Assembly (NCBI GenBank): GCA_051942205.1
Contig: JAVECO010000088.1
Span: forward strand, 62,001 to 94,397
Reading direction: 5' to 3'
DNA from: Coniocarpon cinnabarinum
Taxonomy: Eukaryota
Length of the DNA stretch: 32,397 nucleotides
Both the position numbers and the translations under genes were made by a program. Below are positions 21,055-31,061 of the stretch, one piece after another (the stretch's first letter is position 1; every line of letters begins with the position of its first letter). Below the pieces are notes generated by a model, which was not told the DNA's origin, did not search any database, and saw only the letters and a program-made list of their open reading frames with translations.

Positions 21055-21939
21055 CTACAAAGCGGCAACGACACCGACCAATCCCGCAACAGCTACACCA
21101 CCCAACTTGACCTCCTTGTTCACAGCAGCCGCTTGACTCGAGCTCGCCTGCGCAGCTGCACCCGACCCCGTCGCCGCATTAACAACAACGCCGTAACTTG
21201 GACTCGTCGTCGTGGATCCCTGTGCATCCGTTGTGGTTACGGTTGATGTAGCCGTGGTGCTGGCGCTGCATCCGGACCAGCTGGTCCAGGGAGGGGCGGT
21301 ACCTAGAGCCGTTAGCAATGTCCCACACAATTATCCTTCGAGTCTCGAAATCACGAGGCATAAATGAGACTCGAAAGATGAGTAAGAAGATAACATACCC
21401 CATGGTCCACTCGTCCATCCCGACCACGTACTCCTCGGACATCCCCCGCTTGGCCCATTGGAAGCAGCACTCCCCCACCAACTCGTCCAAGCGCCAGCCG
21501 GCGCACTTCCAGAGCTCCAAGGACCCCACCCACCAGGCCCAAAAGGCGCCGCACCACCAAAAGGCGCACCACCAGGGCCTCCAGGACCAAAAGGTCCCCG
21601 ACCGCCCGTAAAATTACCACTCGTCACAGTTGCAAACGGTGGAGCCGTCGTGGAATGGGCAGACGTCCATGAGTTATAGGCAGATGGGTTGGCGGAGGTG
21701 TAACTGCCCCAGGCGTTGGAATTGGAGGCCGCGTAGGAGGACCATGCCGAGGTGGCGGAGGGATCGAAGGGGAAGTTTGAATTTGAGGTTGCGGTTGCGT
21801 CTGCGAAGGGGGCGTTGTTGGGGTTGGCGCCGGGGCCTACTGGGCCTGCTGGACCTGCTGGACCTGCGCCTGCGGGACCCGGGAATTGGGGACTTGCGAG
21901 GGCGATGGCCGGGAGGAAGTTGAGGGCTGCTGTCTTCAT
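21055..21939 (-). CDS. Secreted, putatively GPI-anchored Gly/Pro/Ser/Thr/Trp-rich cell-surface protein, ~262 aa
   Basis: Exons 21939-21399 and 21302-21055 (GTATGT..GCTAAC..TAG). Signal-peptide-like MKTAALNFLPAIALA, GPA repeats, repeated W-x-x-W motifs, two Cys, a Thr-rich stalk and hydrophobic C-terminus LGGVAVAGLVGVVAAL. Confidence 0.8.
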
Positions 21940-22826
21940 TTTGGAGGGAGTAATGAATACGAGACGGGTACGAGACGACCGAGAATTTGCGTTGGAGGTA
22001 TACAAAGGGGAAGTATACGAAAGTCGACCGAGATGAAATCAAATGAGACGAAGAAGATACACAGGCCTACGGATTCATCCTATATACTCACGCCGTCCAC
22101 ACCGTGGACAGTGAAAAAGTGTCGTCAGACGAGACGTCATGGCTGTCATTTTGACAGCCACCGTCTTGCGCGGCCAGGTCAACGTGTCGTCCTGACGAAG
22201 AGGGGAGCCGTACAACCCGACGCGCATCACGTAGTTTGGTATCGGTAAATGATCAGTTGTCCGAAGGATGATCTGATTCTTAGCGTTGGGGCTGGAAATG
22301 TGCCTGGCGCTAGCTTCTTTCGATTGAGATGGCCGATAGGGTCTTCCTTGTCGTGATGGAGGAGAAGGCTCGGACGGGTTGTGGTATGGATTGGGTTTTG
22401 GCAGAGTTGAAAGTGGTATGAGAAAAGTCTCTGAAGCTCTTCTCTGATGCTGGAGAGTGAAGACGTCGAGGCTAATCGACGTCACGTTTGTTACCTTCAC
22501 TGATGCCTAGCAGTCACAGCGTCCTCGGTCCAAGTTCATCTCGGGTCGTTTATGATTGGGATGTATGGCAATTTACTTGAGGCTGCTTTATGTTAGCAGG
22601 TACCGTATGATCGACTTCGCCTCCTCGACCTTCGCATCGCGACGGCGTTCGTAGTCCAGTCACGACTTGAGCGCGACGACGAAGTTGGTCGACTGAGCCC
22701 CACCTGACACTATGTTCAGCAACAAGAGACGCGAAGACTGCTCGGTGTACTTCTCGAAAGTGACGATTATACATCTGCCCGAAATATACCTATTGAATAC
22801 ACGTCTGGTGTAGCGACGGCCGCATC

Positions 22827-23952
22827 TCAGATGACCTTGGTGACACCCGGTGAAGCATGCTCCAGCCGCGTACTGAGCTCGTCCCAAACCCTTTCCTGCA
22901 GCTGGTGTCCATCCTTTGCGACGACGATTTTTGCTGGCGTCATCGGGTGACCGTCATTCATGTACGTGCCATGCGTAGTCTCGTCCCCACACACTCCAGC
23001 CACGACAGCACGAGCCCCGGATTCAGCAGCGCGCCCAAACACTCGCAAGAAGAACTTGCTCAAATTTGGATTGTCGTTCGTCATGTCTGTAACGCACAGG
23101 CCAGGGTTCACATTGTTGATAATCACCGGCGAGTCTTTGCCCAAGCGCTCAGCTATTGCGCGCATGACGAAGACCTGAATGAGTTTAGTGGTGGCATAGC
23201 GGTCTTGCATGGTACGTTCAGGGCGATACTGTTCTATGGTGCTGAATATCTGACCGTCGGGAGCGTTCATCCCCGGGAAGGCGGCAAAAAGATGTGTGTC
23301 GGACCCGACAATGCAAAGGTGGGTTTTGATTTTGTGTTGATCTGCCGTCATACGCAAGGCTGGTAGTAAGAGCAGTGCGCAGAGGTAGGTGGATACTACG
23401 TTAACTGTGAACTGTAAGCCATGTCAGTGTCCCAATTACAAAGCTCCGGGGTGGTATGCGGTCCTTGCCGCTCCTCTTCCCAGCGTAAGAAGACTCACTG
23501 AGGACTCGTCGCCTTCGACAAGCTCATAAACCTTTGCTATGATGCCAGCGTTGAGAATGACTGCATCAAGTCGTGGTAGTTCATTGTTGACCCTGGCAGC
23601 GAAACGCTTGACTGAGTCAAATGATGACATGTCCAGATCCCACACTCGCAAAGTATCCGGCGAACATCCCGTCCGTTTCTCGAGTTCCTTTTGGGCAGCT
23701 GCACCCTTCTCTGCATTACGCACTGCCAGAATGATCGTCGAGGCTTTGAGCTTGATGAGCCACTGCACTGACTATGGCTTCTGGATTAGTTTCTCGAGTC
23801 GCCTTGTGAATTGTATTGACCTGACTGACCTCCAGACCAATGCCAGCATTAGCTCCCGAGACTATCACGGTCTTGCCTCCGAAGTTTGCATTCGGCATCG
23901 GTGGCGTCACGAAGAGCTGCGACCAAAGGAAGTTGGGAAAGAAGGAAGACAT
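22827..23952 (-). CDS. Short-chain dehydrogenase/reductase (retinol-dehydrogenase/WWOX-like classical SDR), ~326 aa
   Basis: Exons 23952-23830, 23771-23499 and 23411-22827. Rossmann VIVSGANAGIGLE, then ILAVRN, LDMSSFDSV, LNAGI, FTVNVVST, catalytic YATTK and VNPG. Confidence 0.92.
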
Positions 23953-25638
23953 GTTGACAGACTTAAAAGCGAGCACGCCACCTCCCTACAGAACAGCAGA
24001 GGTTCAGAGATGAAGTCTGCATGAAAGAGAGCATCACGAGAGATCACAGGCTTTGACAAGGATCTGAATACGTATATGAAGTCACGCTCGATCTCGCGTC
24101 AATGAAATGCCGCCAAGTCCAATGGCAGAGCCACAGCCATTTATTTGCCACAATCGTACGACTCGGGGCACTCCTGGGGTCTTTCCTGTGCCCATTTGAA
24201 CCAGAATCAAACACCGTAGCGGAGAAGCTGCAGAATAATGAATGAGAAATGCATGCGTGTTACGATCGGTTGTCGGAAGTGGCACCCCACCGAGAAGACA
24301 CACACCTCAAGTTGTCTCCGCTATCGGCAAGCGCCAAAGCATAGATCTGCATCTGAGAAGCACTCAGGACTTCTGATATGATGGCACTGGAGGCCGATCG
24401 CCCTCAACGGTGGAGCTGGATCGAGGGTCGGTTTCATAGCCACCGTAAATGCAAAGCTACCAGACGCGAGCATAGATAATAGAAGTTACGAGCGAAATGA
24501 CTGTCACGCGGCGGCGCCCAATTGGGTCCCTAACCATTTTGCCGTGCATTAATGCTCCTGTGGGGTTTGGATCTTCGTAAAATGCGTCGGTCAAGATCAG
24601 GTGAACTCACTTACCTCTGCCAGCAGGCGTCGTCAGGTTGCTGACGTTTAGCGTAAAGAGAGAAGGACGTGTACTCCATCTTTCGTGGACGAACGAAGCG
24701 CACATCCTTTCTGCATCTACTGAAATGGAAGGCGTCGGAATCGGATTTGAGTCGGGTATGGTTACAGGTGGAATGCGCCTTCCGCCGTGCCGGAAAAAGC
24801 GCCAACACTTACCAAGTCCGCAGTGCTAGGGACGCGCAGTACGCTGCGTCCACTTGGATTGGCTGTTGACCTCGCTGTGCATGAGCTCCAGACTAGCAGA
24901 CGTCGAGGCATTATGTGATCTGTCGCGCCCATGAGTCCAAGGCTCAGAATCGACATTAGGGGTATCCGGCAGTATCGTCGTCCCTCTCCCTGATATGAGT
25001 TTGAGACTTCAAAAACAGACATGCATTTCAAGCAGCGCAGTCAGAATACTTGCAGCTCATACAGGTATCAGCCACGATCAGCCCTGCAATGGAATGATTG
25101 GTGCGAAAGCGGACCCCTGTCGTGATATTGTTTTGAGAAGGCGAAGACTGCGTGATCAACATTGCCAGATGAGTAATCTGGATGTAACCTCTGGGATGCA
25201 TTCGGAACAAGCTTGACGTGCACAGTGCCTCATCCAGGGACGCTGTAGCGCTATAACATTGGCCTATTGCAGCGCTTATGCTTCGTGGTAGGTGAGGCCG
25301 AGTCTACTCATCTTTTAGGGCAAGGCAGTATACACACGTGACTCCACGAACACCTTCTTTTCTACCCCGAAATACGGCAGGCAATGATAATTTGAACACA
25401 AATGCTGAACATCTCCATCATGCTCGAGTCTGAATGGAGTGGAGGTTGTTGTCATCGCTGACGCAGCGTGAGCCAATGAAAGGTACTGTAAGCCGGCGTA
25501 GGATAGCGTGTGCGCCGCCAAGAACAGCAGCCTCATTCCGACTTTGATCTATACTTAATCCGCTTCTTTCCCTTATCATTTGGTCTTTGTTCATCGTGAC
25601 TCTGGTGGTATATTTCTTCCTTTCTTGCTCTGTCGAGT

Positions 25639-26883
25639 ATGGTTTCGGAACTTCCTCTTGCCGATTCGAGAAATCTGGCCCTGGTACATCCCACGGAAGG
25701 AGAGCAGCATGAACAAACGCTCGAGAACAGCAAAATGTGGAAAGGGGCATTAGCCCTAGACTCTTACATACGGCGAGAGCAACACTTGGCAAATCTCCAG
25801 CTCACCAGAGATGGAGGTATCACGTTCTGGGTACTTGTCGATGCTTCTGGTGATGAACTTGCCGGTTCCAATCGCTCGGTGCTTGCTGGGTGTGAGACTC
25901 TTAAGAAACGGGCTTTGGTCGTCGAAGGAAACGTACTGAAAGATGCAACTTGCCATGGTGTTGCGTCTGTGTTTTCTCCGGATCGCTACCGTGGCAAAGG
26001 CTATGGCAAGCGCATGATATCTGAACTGGCCAAGCATCTAGCGCAGAAGCAACAGACCGAAGGGCACCCACATTTCAGTATCCTATACTCAGACATTGGC
26101 AAGAAGTTCTACGCTAAATCGGACTGGCGACCGTACAGCTCATCACACATGCAGTTACCACCCCTTCCATCATCAGCCCCTGTGACCGTTCGTCTTCCCG
26201 AATCCATGCCACTGACTGCGAGTGCACTTCCCCCTCTTTGCGCTCTTGATGAGGAGCTGCTGCGGGCGAAGCTCTCCAAGATCGCTGCGTCAGGATCAGC
26301 TACGAAGCCAGTGGTTGCCTTGATTCCAGATGCAGCGACGCTTGCGTGGCTCCATGCCCGCGAGGACTTTGTAGCCGAAGAGTTGTTCGGAAAGACGCCC
26401 GCAGTAAAAGGTGCACAAGTCCTCATACCGGATCCGTCGTCGCCAATGGGAAAACGTCGGGCTTGGGGTGTGTGGACTAGGTTCTGGTACAATGCTGACA
26501 TGACCGTGACGCAAGGGAACACTCTACATTTATTACGCATCTGCATTGAGCCAGCCAACTCTTCAAGTGACCTTGACGCAGAGTTTGTTGAAAATACTCA
26601 AGCTATCATGTCCGTACTACACCAAGCCCAACTACAAGCTGGTGAGTGGGGCATGAACGAGGTTGAGGTATGGAATCCTCAGCCTGCGACTCAACAAGCT
26701 GTAAAGTTGCTTGCTGCGGATTGGAGTACGCAAGGTGGGACGGGCGTCGGAGACAAGTGGGGTATCATTGTCGATCGAGATGAAGAGAGCATCTGCAGCC
26801 TTAAGTGGTTTGGTGATCACACGGGCTCGGAAGGGGGCGAAGTAGTCGAGTGGCTTGAGAATGAGAAGTTTGGCTGGAACTGA
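25639..26883 (+). CDS. GNAT-fold acetyltransferase, fungal LYC1 (lysine N6-acetyltransferase)-like, 414 aa
   Basis: Single-exon ORF. WKGAL..YIRRE, LAGCET, acetyl-CoA motif A GVASVFSPDRYRGKGYGKRM, FSILYSDIGKKFY and C-terminal SICSLKW..WLENEKFGW. Confidence 0.85.
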   Translation: MVSELPLADSRNLALVHPTEGEQHEQTLENSKMWKGALALDSYIRREQHLANLQLTRDGGITFWVLVDASGDELAGSNRSVLAGCETLKKRALVVEGNVLKDATCHGVASVFSPDRYRGKGYGKRMISELAKHLAQKQQTEGHPHFSILYSDIGKKFYAKSDWRPYSSSHMQLPPLPSSAPVTVRLPESMPLTASALPPLCALDEELLRAKLSKIAASGSATKPVVALIPDAATLAWLHAREDFVAEELFGKTPAVKGAQVLIPDPSSPMGKRRAWGVWTRFWYNADMTVTQGNTLHLLRICIEPANSSSDLDAEFVENTQAIMSVLHQAQLQAGEWGMNEVEVWNPQPATQQAVKLLAADWSTQGGTGVGDKWGIIVDRDEESICSLKWFGDHTGSEGGEVVEWLENEKFGWN

Positions 26884-26927
26884 TCGCAAAGCCGCAGCGT
26901 GGTTGCATTTCGGCTGTTTCAAGGACT

Positions 26928-28402
26928 TCAAGCCAAGTCTACTTCAATGATGGATTCTGGAGCAACCGAAGAAGTCCAGATCTTCACAATCTTCAGCCCT
27001 GCAGCGTCGACCAGACGTCTCCAGGCTTGTTCATCTCGTTCTCGAGTCGCAAAGAAGGAGATCATGTTGAGGTCTAGTGCTGTCACATACTGATTCGGCT
27101 GCCGAGCGGTGATGATGTTCTCATTCAGCAAGATCTTGCTATACCCTGGCTGCATTGCTGGTCTCACGCTTTTGAGAATACTAATCACCTTTTCGTCGGG
27201 CCAATCATGCTCAACCTTTCCGTTAGCGATCATCATACTCGGTCTGCCCGCACTGCCAGCCTGCAACTCACAAGGACACTATGATAAAAGTACACTCGCG
27301 CACCTGAAATCGTTTAGGATAGTACAATCGAGAACGGAGTGCACGGCACCTACCCTTGATCGGCTGTTCACTGAAAAAGTCGTGGGCCATCTTCTCCACG
27401 CCATCAATCGCTCTCGCCTTTTCAATGACATCGGGTTTATCCTGCAAATACAGTCTGCCCTTTGCATGAGGTAGACGTTTCTGGAAGCGCTCTAAATCTT
27501 GACCTAGGCCCCCGCCAACATCAACAAGCAGCGGACTTTCATTGCCTGCAGCATCCTTGAGAAGGACGTCGACTGGATAAAAGTCAAGCCAGCTACCAAC
27601 ATCTGCTGTATACGCAGCCATCATTTCATTCCAAACTTGAGCATACTCGGGATGCTGGCCCAGAAAGCTGAAGAAAGACCCGTCAAACTTCAACCCCGCA
27701 CCAAATGGCGCCTTGTCAAGGTCTTTTGGCATTCTGTATTGACTTTCTGCGAGGAATTCTGGTAGATTGTTGAACATTGGAAACAGCGTCATGAAGCTTC
27801 CGTAATCAGCTCTGTCCTGCAAAGACGCTTGCTGGAGCCAGCACCACTCACAGCCAGCGAAAAAACCCCTGCATGTCCCGCTCTGCAAGGGCCAGCGTGA
27901 ATGGAGTCTGACTGAAAGAATCTGAGCCGCTCTCTTCGAGTATGTGCATGGCCACAAAGAAAGGCAAGACGGCACCTAGACCCATGTCTCATTGAGATGA
28001 TCTGATGCGATCACTTGTTTTGAGACATACCCATCAATTCTGGATCTGCTCCAGTCATTGAGGCCAAATCTGCTGCGGTTTTGGGGCCCTCGCCTGCGAC
28101 TTTCCATTTCCCGAACAAGTCGATATCGATTGCTATCTTAATCGCGGCGTACATAGGAGGCTTGTTAAGACACACTTGAGTCAACCCTGCTTGATAACGA
28201 ACGTGTGGATCTCGGAGTCCTTGTCACTAACATAGTACCACGTTAAGCGAAGAGCTTTCTCTAATGGCGTCTCTAACTTGTCCGCAGAGGCTTGCAGAGC
28301 ACTCAGGACTGCCTTGCGATCACTTTCAGAGCCATATTGACTCTTGGAGGCCGATTCAATTGTTGCCAGGACATTGGCCACACCAGGGCTTGTGCCATCC
28401 AT
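26928..28402 (-). CDS. SAM-dependent O-methyltransferase (Methyltransf_2, fungal OmtA/OmtB-like), ~393 aa
   Basis: Exons 28402-28232, 28160-28031, 27975-27852, 27796-27354, 27303-27272 and 27209 (or 27215)-26928. Winged-helix part (AIDIDLF..KTAADLASMTGADPELM), then [45 protein letters not shown], ILLNE and ERDEQAW. Some acceptors are non-YAG. Confidence 0.9.
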
Positions 28403-29506
28403 CCCTGGAATACACGAAGCCTCCGATCTGCTGACTAGTTTATTTGCTGCTATACAAAAGTGCTTGACCAAAATCGTGATTTTGCTCAGTAATGTTGCAA
28501 GGATTACATTTCCTCATCAATGAAGTTACAGCGCCGCATCGATGTGACATACTCCGTACCAAGAACGCCAATGTTCGGAGCAACCTTGCGATCTGGGGGC
28601 GCTGAAAGCTACTGTCTGCTAGTGTCGGAAGCCGCTTTGCAACCCAACTGCCGGGTACTTGACCTGCCCCCAAATGTCTTCGCCGTGCCTGCGGCGCTCC
28701 ATGCGCCAGTCTCATTGGACTGTCAACCACGCGATTGGCAGCTGACAGCACGCAAGCGAGATCAGGCCTTCGAAATGGCGTAGAAACCAATCATACTTCC
28801 AGTTCACCCTCGATACCATCCAAGTGCTCAGGACTCTGTAGCGTGTGTCGGGCAGTGATCTGCGAGGTGCCACACTCGTGCTCCCGTCTGGGCTGATCTT
28901 TCGCCGTGGTACTCCGCACCCTTTCCCGCTCCGTCCAAGCAAACCAGAGCCTGGCTGATGACAAAACCTTTCATGTGAAGGTATGTCGCGGGCCATCAGT
29001 TGATCTTCCGCAGACTTTAACGACGTGGCGGAGCCGTTGGAAGTGAGCCAACGTGTCCAATCACGATGGATAAACACGAGCCACTCAAATACGAGTCACC
29101 TCAAATCAGAGGCGTTAGGGGCGCAGAAGCAACAGTGAGGATCGTGCAGGATGAACCCTTCAGCAGGCCAGCTTAGCATTCTGGATCGAGACATCATTCC
29201 CGTATCGCATCAAGCACTCCATCTGGCGATTGGCCCCTGACACGGCCGTCAAGCCACCAAAACCAGGATCATGGTAAAGTTAAAATTACTCACAGAAGGA
29301 AAATGGAGCTCCTGTAGCTTAATTCTTGGGCGTCACGGCGTTCTGAGTAAGTTTGTTTCGCCCTGGTGCGCCGCCAAGGTCCAGTCTCCGCCCGCGTGTG
29401 ACTTCTTTTAGAATGTCTTCAGTCTCGCATGCACCCTTCTATTCAGTCTTGAGGATCTTTCTGTGGGAATGTGATTGTGGTCGTTGTCTTCAATTGTCAA
29501 GCAGTG

Positions 29507-30719
29507 ATGGGCAGCGTTCAAGATACAGGTGGCGGTGACCAAGGGCCGCTTGTCAACGTCCTCACGTGGGTGTTCACATCCCTCTCTACGATCTTCGTTG
29601 CGCTCAGGCTTGTGTCCCGTCTCAAATTGAAACACAACGCTGGGTTGGATGATGCTGCTATTGTCATTGCCCTTGTGAGTACTCAAAAGGACTGGAAACG
29701 ATGTCAGGGACTGTTGCTGAGACTCTTGAATGAAGATCGTCAACATCTTGTACAGCGTTGTTATATCCATCGCAGTATCGAAAGGCACAGGCACGCGTGC
29801 GGCTACCTTGGCCTCTCCTCAAGCTGCTGTGGAAGCTGGAAAGTGGAACGTCGTGGCCATTGAAACCGGAATATTCAGCTTTGGATTGCCTAAAGTTGCC
29901 ATAGCGCTCTTACTCGGTCGCATCCTCACCATCCGTCGATCTCTTTGCTGGTTGCTGTATGCTATGGCTGGGACCCTCATTGTCTACGCTGTAGTCCAAG
30001 ATGTCGTCTTCATCGAGCAATGCGATCCGGTAGAAGGCGCTTGGAACAGAAGCATCAAGGCCAAGTGTTGGGATCCTTGGCCTGTCACGGTCAGCGGTAT
30101 CGTTTACAGCTGTATGTATGCTCACGGGGATCATGCGAATGTGCCAGGCTCTCAGCGCGCATTGCTGAATATGTGGCTTAGGCTGAATGATTTGCTGACT
30201 TTGGTTCTAGCTCTTTCAGCTTTTCTCGACCTCTTCTACGCCATCTTGCCTGCCGTCTTGATTTTCAAGCTCAACATGTCGAGTCGCAAGAAGATCAATT
30301 TGACAATCATGATGGGTCTTGGGGTCGTGGCCGGTGTCATTGCGATTTATAAGACGACGAAATTGCCCGCGCTGGCTTCTCCCAAAGCTGATTTCACGTG
30401 GGCGACCGCACCGTTGTTGTACTGGTCGTCAATCGAGGCAAACTGCGTCATCATATCAGCATGCATTCCAACAATCAATCCGGTAATCCAACTGTTTGTG
30501 GAAAAGACGAAGCCGTGGATGAGTACAACCAATAAATCTGCATACTCCAACGGCGCAAGAGGTACAAGCAACTCCTGTGCAGGCAGAGGGACCATAACCG
30601 ATCCTCGCGATCCGGCCGAATCGGATTCAACGACGCGAAAGGTGCGTCTGAAGAGGGACAAACATGGCTGGTTCGAGCTTAGTGAGGTCGAGCAAGCGGC
30701 TACTCCTGATGAACGATAA
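29507..30719 (+). CDS. Pth11-like (fungal rhodopsin-domain) 7-TM integral membrane protein without CFEM, ~350 aa
   Basis: Exons 29507-29674, 29736-30111 and 30211-30719. FVALRLVSR..GLDD, PKVAIALLLGRI, QCDPVEGAWN..KCW, SAFLDLFYAILP..KLNMSSRKK..MGLG and WSSIEANCVIISACIPT. Confidence 0.9.
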
Positions 30720-31061
30720 CAATAATGATACTGGCCCTGGTTGGGGCGACAGACACAATGAGTGATGCGGAAAAGCTTCCGAAATTCACCTTTTGACTAT
30801 GTTTGGCTGCAAAGGCTCAAGTAGAAACGAAAACAAAGGCAAGATGGCTCTCCGTTTAATTCCTGTCACCTTGACGAATATGTTTGCCCACGCCCATTTC
30901 AGCCCACTCTCAGAATCTTCTCAATCCATCCCCTTCACTGTTGCCATCGTTACCGACTCACTTCCTCTGCTTGCTCTTCACTTCAGCTACTCTCGTCAAT
31001 CAATCAGTTGCAGCAGTCAATCGTCAATTATTCAAGCTTTTTCACACGCTAAATCGCCGGC

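Noticed and set aside
24600..24900. Two minus-strand GTAAGT donor-like sites (~24614, ~24812) suggesting a hidden spliced gene
   Set aside because: I could not assemble a coherent ORF or convincing branch points. RNA-seq would be needed to exclude a spliced lncRNA or UTR.
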